64,000 nt of DNA, taken from positions 7,626,001 to 7,690,000 of the forward strand of contig OX597818.1 in NCBI GenBank assembly GCA_951406725.2, read 5' to 3'. A program made the translations under genes and the position numbers. How positions within the stretch are numbered: the first letter of the stretch is position 1; every line of letters starts with the position of its first letter. Under the pieces are notes generated by a model. That model ran no database searches. It saw nothing but the letters and a program-made list of their open reading frames with translations, and was not told the origin of the DNA. Source of the DNA: Octopus vulgaris (lineage: Eukaryota). Below, one piece after another: positions 1 through 11,290 of this stretch.

Positions 1-66
1 TCGACTGAAGACCCTCATCAAAATAAATCTAAGCCTCACATTTTATGTTGAAAGCTCATTCGAAAG

Positions 67-154
67 CAATCAATATTGCCAGTATACTATGTCTATGTCA
101 TTATCACCATAATTTAAGTCTTTAACAATTATAATGTTGAGCATCATTATGGTC

Positions 155-186
<32 letters not shown>

Positions 187-231
187 CATCATCATTGTCA
201 TGTATATGATTAAAATCATCATCAATATCAT
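67..231 (+). repeat. ~165-bp (CAT)n-containing segment, duplicated in inverted orientation at 4364-4528
   Basis: caatcaatattgccagtatactatgtctatgtca...attaaaatcatcatcaa aligns by eye to the reverse complement of 4364-4528. Confidence 0.85.
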
Positions 232-271
232 TCTAAATGTACCGAAATTTATATTTACACCAACAACAATA

Positions 272-812
272 ATGCTGGTGTCAAATTTTGGTGCAAGAGC
301 AGCAACTCTTCGGAAGGAGGTAAGTCGATTACATCGACCTCAGTGCTTAAGTCGCACTTCTTTCATCCCCACGAAAAGATTAAAAGCAAAGTCGATCTCG
401 GTGGGATTTGAATTTAAAACATAAAGACTGACGAAAGGCCGCTAAGCATTTTTCCTGGGGTGATAACGATTCAACCAGCTTACCGCCTTGATAATACTTC
501 AAATCCTGGCACAAACCAGTAATTTGAAAGGGAGGGGTTAGTCGGTTACACTGATTCCAACACTCAACTGGTACTTATTTTATCGACTAAAATAGAAAGA
601 TGTTTTTTTTTTGTAATTTGGAGTAATAATAATGATAAGGACTTTCAGAACGATGGTGGAGTTAGTGGTGGCAGCGGGGAAATCTATTACACCGATTTCA
701 GTACCTAACTGGTACTTATTTTACCGAACCTAAAATAATGAAAGGAAAAGTCGACCTCGGTGTAATTTGACCTCAGAACTTAAAGGTGAACGAAATGCCG
801 TTAATAGGCATC
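272..812 (-). mobile_element. Cluster of about three degraded tRNA-derived SINE copies (same family as 62962-63380)
   Basis: Reverse complement gives the GGCGGTAAGCTGG..ATCGTTA..AATGCTTAGCGG head, the AAAT.CC.CCGAG.TCGACTTT.CCTTTCAT core and AATAAGTACCAGTT, matching the + strand copy at 62962. Confidence 0.8.
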
Positions 813-1439
813 TTAAAGCTGCGATATATACATTTCCAAGTAAGATTTTCATTCGTCCCGTATTGCATTAAATACTGGGCCACAGATGCTGTTGGAATTT
901 TCAAAAATTTTTCTATCTACACTTTTGCTTGAAAATGAAATAGTTCCAAAAATACTATCGATTCAATGTGTTTTCAAACAGCTGCAACATGAATGGACCG
1001 CAGTATATGGAATGATGTAAGAGTTACTTGTTTATTTTTGATGCTATTTTCCAAATGACTTATTTTAATATTTGGAATATTTCCTTCTATAAATAGTTCA
1101 CTGTTCTGTATATTTTTTCTCTGTTGCAGATATATTTATGTGTTTTGATCTTGTGTCTTTTGTGCCATTGTTGATATTATACGTAATAGCCGTCTTTGAC
1201 ATAAAAATATATGTGGAAATACAATTTTGGACTATGCAAAGTAAGCTTCTTTCTTTTGTTCTCAAACTCCGTGCGTCAAGGATAGCTTCTTATGCGATTA
1301 TTTTCCTTTATATAATTAATTTTATTTAACTATGCTTGACTAGAACGTGTTTTAAACAGTGAAACAAAAGTATATTTTCCCTTAATACAAGTAAAATGCA
1401 AAGACGAGAAGGAGGTAGGAAGAGAATGCTACCAGAATG

Positions 1440-3930
1440 ACCGATCCATTTGATTTGTCATCCACACAACTCTTTCAATTGCAGCTATCAGCTTATCGTA
1501 CGGCGTTGTGTCCACTTCCATCTGTCACAGTAAACAAAAGAGACCGGAAAAACTCTTCTACATGCAGCCACATAGCCTAGGGCCAGTTTTGACCCATGAA
1601 AACCGTATTGTGCATTTGTCTTTATGCTATACTTCTGTTGCACTGATCCACTGAATGGAATTTTCTCCCTCGTGTTTATTGTCATATCTCTCACTCATGT
1701 TCCGCTTTGATAACTTGATCCCGGACAATTCTCGCCGGTAGCATTTCGGTAGAACTACGTTTTTAAAATCCACTCCAATTTCCTTGCTTCACTTCTAATT
1801 TAGTTCTCTTTGTTACCATTTTACTGGACGCTATTGATTTCCTGAATATTTTGCTGTGATTCACCTTTCATAACTTCTTTCTTTAATACCACACCACTAC
1901 CACCATTAATTGACGTTCGACAGCATCAACTGCCCACAGTTTTTCTGTTTGGGAAAACTTGCTAAGATTCACAAACTAGGCTCCTGTTTTTCCCCTCATC
2001 TCTAGGTATATACTGTAAATCACATATTGGATTTTGTAGCGGATCACTCTTTCCTCACTAAAACCTACACATTCTGATCTAATCGCCCTTTTCAGATATA
2101 CCCAGCATTAAATACTTCTTAAATAAATCACCAATCTGTAGATTCTCTGTGTGTCCACTTGTTTTCTATCGATGGTGACCATAAAGATCATATATTTGTG
2201 GTATGTGTAATCAAGTTGTTGAAATTGTGGTCATTCTACACTACCCCTACCTATTGACCTTATAAATACCTTATCTATATAAGATTTGGTTGATCTGATG
2301 CTCTGGACTGATGTTTACGTTGCTATGTTCAGGAAATCCAGTCGGATGGTGTGAAAAATTTCATCTAAGCGTGTTTAGTACGTTTTTAAAAGCCCTCTTC
2401 TGTAAGTTGGATCCGTGTAATTCCACTGTGAGTCTCTAATACCGTTCTAGTTTGCACTCATTATAAACAGCGGAATGTTTACGAAAGCAATTATAGATAG
2501 CTGTAGAAATGTGGACGCTCTCTACCTCAGAGCATACAGGTTCACTATTCTGAGGGCACCACCTTTACTACAGCTTAATATCCTGTCCATGAAAATATTT
2601 CGTGCCTCGAATTATGGACCTTTGTGAAACAACACCCACCCACATCCTCTTTCTCTTGCAGGCGAACTGTATATTACGTATTCATGAACAAGTGACAAGA
2701 ATGTGAGCGGGTTGTACTCTTCTGACGCTGACAGCTACATCATCTGTATCTACTAATCTGATGCCGGTTAATAAGTTGATTTGCCTCCAAGGTAAACCCA
2801 ATGTACGCTTATTTATGCTGCCCAATCTGAGTAAAGCAGTCTTCGCAGGAATGCTGAAAGTTAGTTTACTTTGTTTCATTGGAAAGATCAGTTGTCCGAT
2901 CTTCCATCTTGTTGAGGGCATTTCCTCAAGCAAATATTTTTAGTCTTTGGGTTACTGTATCACGAAACTCCCTATATTTAAAAAAGATGTTTTGAGAGGA
3001 TCTTGTGTAAGGCATATTGTAACATTGTGCATTGAATTTCTGCATTGGATTGAAACTGACTCTGGGTCACTGATTTTATATAGCTATGAAGTGTCTAAAG
3101 TTTTCGAACATTAGCTGTCGTGGTTTGTTTGGTTTTGTGGTTGTTGTAGTGTCTGTCGTTGGTGTAGGCGGTGGTAACAGTAAAACTGCCACTGTCTGGA
3201 ACCTTCTCACCTGCTATGTTGGCTGGTCTTCGACGTTTTCGTTTTGTGTCAGATTTATTTATTTGGTTCTTGATTTGCTGTCGTTGCCTGACATGACCAA
3301 AAGATCGGAGGTGTGGGGATTGTCTGTGCAGAATTGGGGATTTATTCTATTGTCGATTTTATTAGTGGTGCTTCATGTTGTTGGTGTTGTTACTGCCGCT
3401 ATTGCTATTTGCTGTAATTAGTTTCTATGGCTGTTGCTTTCGAGACTGCTTTTCTTTTTATTGATTTTCCTGCTCGTGCTTTCTTCTTTTTGATTTTGCT
3501 AGTGTCACTGATATTGCTGTTGCTTTAATGTCTGCTGTTATTGCTGCTGCTTATGTTGTTGTCTTTGTTGCCCTTGGCCTTGTTTTACACACGTTCTTGA
3601 GCGATATGGTGCTGGCAGAATGCATTTGTTGGTGGCTTTGGGGGCAGAATTCCCTTAGATGAGTTTAGTTACCATGTAGAAAGCATCTAACTTCCACTAC
3701 TGCAGTTTACCATTGACTAGGTTTATTATATCGGGATTGTCTTCCAGAAATTCTGGCCGGTCACTCACCCATAATTCTAAACTGAAACAATCACCGGCTT
3801 GGATAGACTCGCATAGGAAAGAGCTTATTATTTTAGGAGTTTTATTCAACGTGATTAACTTCCGTTTTATAGAGAGAATTTCTTCTAAGACGCCAGTTCT
3901 ACTCTATCTTGAAATTATCGATTGATTTCA
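1440..3930 (-). mobile_element. Degraded 5' half of an L1/Tx1-type LINE (ORF1 zinc knuckle, APE endonuclease, start of linker)
   Basis: Minus-strand translation: CFL(H)GN*THLREFCP (CX2CX4HX4C spacing, ~3645-3690); LRLGSINKRTL..DDVAVS (APE N-terminus, ~2830-2725); LRIVNLYA; SYIDKVFIR..YTYHK (APE C-terminal motifs); many stops and frameshifts. Confidence 0.65.
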
Positions 3931-4272
3931 AACACATTTCTATTTGGGCATTTGTCGCTTGCTCATAGTCTCCATACTTTCCCATATGTGTGTGTGTGTG
4001 TATGTATATGTGTGTTTGTATGCACGCACACACATATGTTGTGATAAAGAAAGTTGCCCGTATACCCTCTCTTCCGTGTCAGTTATTTCTAATATACTCA
4101 ATGCGCACCGAGGAATTCCAACGTAGATCCAGCAACGTATGTACATTTACCGTGGATGATGCCAAATAGCCTTAAGGGGTGAACGTGCTCTTCTGGCACA
4201 CTAATAGGGACATACCCATAATATAGTTTACATGCTAAATTTTAAATTTTAATAGTCAAATTTAATTACGTC

Positions 4273-4273
<1 letters not shown>

Positions 4274-4335
<62 letters not shown>
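4274..4335. repeat. (TA)n/(TG)n microsatellite
   Basis: Directly visible. Confidence 0.95.
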
Positions 4336-4336
<1 letters not shown>

Positions 4337-4344
4337 ATATATTC

Positions 4345-4597
4345 GTGGCACTCCGTTGGTTGTAGGATGTTGATGTTGATGATGATTTTAATGATATACA
4401 TGACGATGATGATGATGATGAGGATGAGGATAAGTATGATGACCATAATAGTACTCAACATTATAAATGCTGAACACTTAAATTACGGTGATGATGACAT
4501 AGACATAGTATACTCGCAATATTGATTGGTCCGGGAATCGAACTCACAACCTCACGATCGTGAGCTCGACTCTCTAACCACATAGCCATGCGCCTTC
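4345..4597 (-). mobile_element. tRNA-derived SINE whose body is replaced by a copy of 67-231
   Basis: Head GGCGCATGGCTATGTGGTTAGAGAG..GTGAGTTCGATTCCCGGACC with Pol III A and B boxes (4597-4528), then the duplicated segment, then a putative tail CAACCAACGGAGTGCCAC. Confidence 0.65.
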
Positions 4598-4599
4598 AA

Positions 4600-4611
4600 A
4601 CACACACACAC

Positions 4612-4670
<59 letters not shown>
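4600..4670. repeat. (CA)n microsatellite
   Basis: Directly visible. Confidence 0.95.
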
Positions 4671-4671
<1 letters not shown>

Positions 4672-5672
4672 TATCACTTTTCTTGTTTTCTTTTTGCACC
4701 ATATCTCACTTGTTTGTAACCAAGGTGGTAATGCTCTTTTATACCTCGCTCCTTGGATACTTTCTCCATGAATTTTCACAACTTCGAAAACTAAAGTTGC
4801 TTTTCGAATGGTACCCAGCTTAATACCGATTTTATTACTACTGGCTGAGTTTCCTACTTGGAAGTGATTGCTACTGGCATGACAGTAACGACGCTGGTGC
4901 AGTGGTGATATTTGTATTTTTATTGTCGCAATACACTGCTTTGCATTCTTTTCCACCACTGATGTTGTTGTTATTGTTGTTGTTGATAATAACATAGTTC
5001 TAAGACAGTGTATTTTGAGTATGGGAAGGTCATTGTCAGTTGACTGACTGAAGGAGAGAAGAAGAATATATGGATTTCATCTATCTTACGCATTCACGTC
5101 CGCTCTCATTCGTGTGCTTTTAAGAGGAATTCGAAGCCAACTTTTTACATTACATTTTTCAAAACCAAATTTTAAAATTTAGCGCCCAAAGGACTGGAAA
5201 TAAAAGAATTGACCAGCTTGACGAGGTTTTATTTAGAAAAAAGAAAGAGATATTTAACAATAATAAACTATAAAAATTTCTAAATGGGTAAATAAACAAC
5301 CAACTTACAAACATATTTCGAGTACGTGTAGACACCACTCGTTGTTTCTGAGTCTGGTATCACGCTAGCAAGGTTGAAGGAAACATATTTATCGACACCA
5401 TCGATGTTAGCACTTGACTAGTACTTTATTTTAGCGACCTTGCCCAAATCTGCTAGAGATGTTTCGAATCCGTTTGTCAAATTATACGGCTGGCAAGACG
5501 AGAAAAATCTGGCATACTGAGAGGACTCAATATAATAGAGTATGTTTACCCAGTATGTTGAGTGGATATACTCCATCAGCTTGTCATTTTCTTTTTGAAG
5601 AAATGTGTACTTAAGTGGTTTCTCAGTTAGTTGTTTTTGTTTGTTTTTCTTTCGTTCTTGCTACTGCTGTTT

Positions 5673-5755
5673 TCTTCTTCTTCTTCTTCTTCTTCTTCTT
5701 CTTCTTCTTCTTCTTCTTCTTCTTCTTCTTCTTCTTCTTCTTCTTCTTCTTCTTC
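5673..5755. repeat. (CTT)n microsatellite
   Basis: Directly visible. Confidence 0.95.
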
Positions 5756-6034
5756 CAATCAGGACTCACGCCATTAGTCACAAAGAATAATCTCTAATTC
5801 GAGCCTACTCTGAGCTACTAAGAATGCGTATGGCAACTTGAAAATCCACCTACCACACGCAATAGACTGGCGGTTGCACGGGCGCGAAAACTACGTTGTT
5901 ACCCTCATTCCGTAAACGGTGGGTTTTATCAGCTCGAGAGCTCAACCATCCTTGGGTATACTGGATATCGCACTCTAGACTAGGGTTTGAAAGTTAACAA
6001 CACCATAGTAGTTTAAACCATGGTTCCTCTAATC

Positions 6035-6257
6035 TGTGGCAGAAGTAGGAAGCAAAAGTGAGAGAAAGTTGTGTACAGCTTACAAGAGTGAAAGTTGTGA
6101 AAGAGTACAGCGGGTTTCACCACCCAACCCCCACCGGAGTCTCGTGGAGCTTAGGTGTTTTTGCTCAATAAAAACTCACAATGACCGATCTGGGAATCGA
6201 AACCACGCTCCTACGACCGCGCGTCCGCTACCTAACCACTAGACCATTGCGCCTCCA
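6035..6257 (-). mobile_element. tRNA-derived SINE (second family)
   Basis: Reverse complement GGAGGCGCAATGGTCTAGTGGTTAGG..GGTTTCGATTCCCAGATCGG (A box, B box) followed by a non-tRNA body. Confidence 0.75.
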
Positions 6258-8249
6258 CACTGCTGTTGTTGTTTCAGATCTTGTTGCTTCTTTTAATATA
6301 GGAGGTTTTTCGCTCTGTCATGATTGAAATTGTAATTCTACCCATGGCAACAGAACAGTTTTACATCATGAGTATATAAGCACATGCAGGTTACTTGCCT
6401 AATGGCATAGATACATTGGTGGCAATGAGCGTATTCTGTGCAATTCGGAATGTTATCTGCAGTTTTTAAATATGCTGTTGTGGATGACGTTGGGTAAAAT
6501 TTGTGACTGCTAGGAATATAGAAATAGATTTTGATAATTATCTGAGCTATCAAACCAGAAAAAAAAATATTGTTATATCTCGAACATTTGATCTCAGATT
6601 AGAGAACAATTGACTGATTGCGTAAGATATTGAACACGCCGCCTTACAGAAAGTATTGTAATAGTACATATTTTACGTTACAATCTCAACGCGTATGTTT
6701 TGCAAATGGCAAGAGATTGAAATAATTCCCTATTGAGTGCTCTGGGAAATGGGAACCTGTTAGAGGAGTTTCACCAACATTTTCGAGCATATACCCACTT
6801 AAATACAGAGTCACCAGTGTTGACCAGTTACACAAAGGTTCTGGTGCTTATTTTTATTAACGTCACATGTAACGCACAGATTTGATACATAGATTGTAAA
6901 GCGTGACACTCGGCACTGATGAAGATTGGTCAAATTTTAAATATGTCTAAATTTTACGGGTAGGCCATATGCTAACTTTTACGCCAACAGTTCCTGATAA
7001 CTTAGTGGAGGTCTCATGAAAATAGTTTTTTTACTATTTAGTTTTTAACTTCCCGCGTTTTGCTCTATTGTATCGATTAAAACATATTAATATTGCATTG
7101 TTCATGTCAAATACGAAGTGTAAATGGGACATCGATGTACTGCTTGGAATTTCTGCTTGATAGTACTGATTTTCGCCCTAAACTGCTACAAATAAATGCA
7201 CACGCATAAACACATCTACGCACACATGGCATTGGAATTATAATGAAAGTAGTTCTCCAAAATTCCGATTAGTTGAATAGAACCTACCACTACTGGTTAA
7301 AAAGTGATAGTTTCATCCACATAGCCTATGGCAGTACAAATTTCCGGTTTAGTTCTTTCTAAATAGAAACGGTTGCGCCTGTGTAATAATTGACTAAGCA
7401 AATTGAATTATTCCAAAAGGAAATTGAAAACAATCTTCTGACACATAAATCTAGATGTCTAAACAGAAGCCTTTGAAGTATTGTCGCAGAAGAATAAGAC
7501 TCTATATCATCCGTGTATATTTGCTTTTCTGGGATCTCATCTACATTTGTATATTACTCCAGCTTAGTAACAGAGGATATTATTTTGGCTTCGGAACTGA
7601 AACAATCACAAAACAATTGCTTGTTTAACGAGATTGTCATAAACATACGGAACATTTAAGATGATTCTGACAACAATGAATATATAATCATTCCGAGCAT
7701 TTTACCGTGTATGTTAATATACTTTTGTTTTGTTATATGTATATATACCTTGAGGAATATGAACTGTTGACACAGTTCCTGATTTCCCAAACGTACAACA
7801 AAACTAAAATCCGATAATATAAAACAATAATATAAAAGTACTTTACCTTTCTCTCTCTTTATTATTTTATACAGTTTTGTATTTTTTAAACATTTTCTTG
7901 TTCCGAGTAAAAGTTTTAATGTTTACTAGAAGTTGTCAAGATAATAAATCTGAGATTTTGAAAAGAGAAAAATGCCTTATACTTTACACTTCACATCGAT
8001 GCTTTTTGTTTGTTTGTGTCAATAATTACCTATTTTTAGTTGTATATAAGATATATCAACAGTCAACAGCTTTCAGGTGTGATTTAGTGACAACCTGCTT
8101 ACATAATGTTTATTGATATTCATATTAATCACAAACATATTACATTCAAATTTATTGTCGATGTAGATGTTGCCGCTGCTGTGCATCCATTGTCACATAT
8201 TATTAAGCATACGTATAATCAAAGCTATTGTTGCCATCACACATTTATT

Positions 8250-8990
8250 TAGAAACTATTTTACCCTTGCCCCTTCCAAAGTCGTTTAAAGCGGTATGGT
8301 TCCATTCTAACCTCATAGTTTCATCCATTTTCAGGACTTGTTTAGGGTCATGCGCCGTTGCAGCGCGTCACTGCACCAACGAATTGTCGTTATTTGCTCG
8401 GGTTGTCCTGAGCAACCATCCGAGCAGTATCGCAGTCAGTCTCCATCAATGCTAAATGATTCCTCATACACCATAAGCATGAACCATATGGTCGATTAAC
8501 AGAATTCATCACCCCGCCCGGATCCTTAGAAAAGACGACAATGTATGCAGGATTGAACTCGCAAAATATATACATTTCCAAACATTCTGAGGTGACGCTA
8601 CTGAATATAACAAGTAACATAAAACATTGTCAGTTTCTGTGAACAGTCTTTGGTTGGAAACGAAATCCAACCAATGATATCCTATGACCTTGCTAAGCGT
8701 CCTTGCACCAAATCAATTCAGTCGGCTCCTAAGGGCCCGGATATTGCCAGTCTCACCACTATAGAGCAAGAAAAGGAGGACCAGAGACCTGAAGACACGA
8801 ACTATTGTCCTCCATCTCAGTTATCGGCGGTACCAGACATACTTGACCTGTGACTCCACAACTGCACCTGCATGTCTAAGTCTTCGAACTCGCAACTAAT
8901 ACTGCTATGGGTCACATTACCGACAAGTGAAGAGGTCAATCACTTCGACACTCTCACCATCTTTCAAGTTATGATTGTCGTTTATCAGAG
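8250..8990 (-). mobile_element. Degraded RTE-clade LINE, 3' fragment
   Basis: Minus-strand translation includes DGESVEVIDLF, RVFRSLVLLFLLYSGET and VIGYHWLDFVSNQRLFTET, typical of the RTE ORF C-terminus. Confidence 0.65.
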
Positions 8991-9061
8991 TTCGGCCTTT
9001 ATAGAATTTGGCATTCTATTATCAAGTTCATTATCAGTCGGGTTTATATTTAGATGTGCAT

Positions 9062-9225
9062 TATTAAGTCCTGGGTATGACTATAAACTAAATCCGGTAG
9101 TGGGACCCTGGACCTTGGTTTCAAGGTTTGAGGAGTGTGGTACCACCTCTTACCCACAATTGTTCCCAGGTCTACTCTGGCCCGGAGTGATAGCACCTGT
9201 AAGAGTCCCATCTATGAGTTAACTA
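9062..9225 (+). mobile_element. Interspersed SINE-like repeat fragment
   Basis: GTCCTGGGTATGACTATAAAC..CCCAGGTCTACTCTGGCCCGGAGTGATAGCACCTGTAAGAGTCCCATCTATG resembles an abundant octopus repeat (recalled, not searched). Confidence 0.45.
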
Positions 9226-9242
9226 GCAAACTCTCTGCAACT

Positions 9243-11290
9243 AGGGATGGATGTGGGTTGGACCGGTAGAATGCAGTCGCCGTATTCCCTGTGGGGCGTA
9301 AGAGGCAACTAAAAGGGGCGGAGGCGAAGGGAATGGGAATCCACTCCTAGTAATCTCATATTCCTAAAAAGACAACAAGAAAAAGACAAGCGGTTAGGAA
9401 AGTCGTTGCAAAAAAGGGATGGAGAGGCTTGCTACAGAGAAGTGAAGAGGAGAGTAAAAGAAGTGGTGAGGGTGGTGAAATTGGAGGCGAAAAAAAAAAA
9501 GGTTCGGGAAGAAATTGGGTTGAACATTTTGTAAGAATTAAATAGAAGTTTTGGAAAGAAGCACAGAAGGAGATGGGCAGGGTATTTCAGAGAGCTGTTA
9601 AATGTGGAAGATGTTAGGAAGGTAAGTATAGTGTCTGTAGGAAGAGAGAGGAGAACGCCTGTTGTTAGAGAATAGAACTATGGTGCAATTGGAAGGGAAG
9701 AGAAGGGGGGACATGGCAAACCGGAAGGCGTCAGGTATAGATGGGTGTACGGTGGAATGCCTAAAGAAAGGAGCGATAGTGATTGAATGGTCAGTGAGGT
9801 TTATGAATGTTTATTATATGGCTGGAAGAGTACCAAAGGACTAGTGCAGTGCATGTATAGTGCCACTGTACAAGGGGAAAGGAGATAAATGTGAGTGTGG
9901 AAATTTTAGGGGTATAAGTGTGTTGTGAGTGGTTGGTAAACTGTATGGGAGAATTCTTATTGTGAGGGTGAGGAACCAGACAGAGAGTGTATTAGGGGAG
10001 GAGCAATGCGGTTTTAGGAGTGGAACGGTGTATACAGATTACATATTTGTAGTAAGGCAGATGTATGAACAATTTTTGGCAAAAAGGTGTGTGTTGTGTT
10101 CGGCCTTTATGGACCTAAGAAGGCATATGATCGTGTGGATACGGAGGCAATGTGGCAGGTGTTGTGGTTGTATGGAATAGATGGTAGATTATTGAGACCT
10201 GTACCGAGTTTTTATAGAGAAGGTAGGGCGTGCGTTAGGGTGCGCGGTGAAATAAGTGGGTGGGTTGATGTGAAGGTGGGATTAGACAGGATGTTTATGT
10301 CTCTGTGTCAGTTTAATTTACATATGGATGGTGTGATGAGAGAGGTAAATGCTAGAACTTTTGATAGGGAAACCCAAAAGTTGGGCGAAAATGGAGAGAA
10401 ATGATAGGTGAGTCAGATGTTGTTTGCTGATGATTCAGCACTGGTGGCGGATTTAGAAGAGCAACGGGAAAGACTGGTGTGTGAGAGGAGAAAATTGAAA
10501 GTGAAAGTAGCTAAGAGTAAGATGATGAGATGTTCGAGAGAAGGAATGGCTGGTTGGATGGATGTGAGTATAAATGGTGAAATGTTAGAGGAGGTGAGTG
10601 TTTTTAAGTATCTAGGATCACATGTGACGATGGCTGGGAGGAGTGTTGTTTGAAGAAGTGGGATATAGAGTGAGGGAGCTGAGTCAGAGACTTGGAGTTG
10701 TGAAAGGCATGTTGAGAGATAAGTTGAGTAAGAAAGCGAAAAGAAGCGTGTATGTGTGCGTGATTGTGCTGACAATGTTATATCATGCATGGACGTGGGT
10801 GCTCAGAGAGCCGTAAAGGAGGCGACTAGATGTGTTTGAGATGAGATGTTTGATAGCTATGGTTGGTATGACGCGGATGGACAGGAAGAAGAATGAGAAG
10901 ATGCGAAGGCGAGCAGGTTTGAGAGAAAAACTAACAATCACAATGGATAGACGAATGTTGAGGTGGTTGGCCACATGGAGGGGATGGGATAGAAGCGGTA
11001 AGGAGGGTGATGAAGGCAGAAGTGGTAAATGATAGGAACGCTTGGAAAGTGTTTGTGGACGGATCAGTGAATTTGATGTTGCTCAAAGGTGTACAAAACC
11101 AGCATTATGCAGCGGGAGTAAACCAGCATATCCTGCTGGGCCTCACTGGTGATATTAGGGGTTGCGTTGTGTGATTTGACTCGTGCATAGAACGGGGCTC
11201 GCCTCTTTGAGCTGGGAAATGAACGAAATGCCTGATGTGAGTCTTGTAGTGAATATCCCCTCCTAAAAAGATGAGGAATAGGCCTGGGTA
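9243..11290 (+). mobile_element. RTE (BovB-like) LINE, degraded: 5' leader, RT and 3' end present, endonuclease region apparently deleted
   Basis: ORF pieces KASGIDG, IVPLYKGKGDKCECGNFRGIS, EEQCGFRSG, KAYDRVD, LFADDSAL, FKYLGS, MFEMRCL; purine-rich and GC-richer than the flanks. Confidence 0.9.

Noticed and set aside
1500-1560. TDGS motif suggesting RNase H
   Set aside because: It lies in the APE-RT linker position of the L1/Tx1 relic and no other RNase H motifs follow
4528-4597. tRNA-like sequence (also 6185-6257 and 62962-63050)
   Set aside because: Pol III boxes are present but there is no complete cloverleaf and each continues into a SINE body
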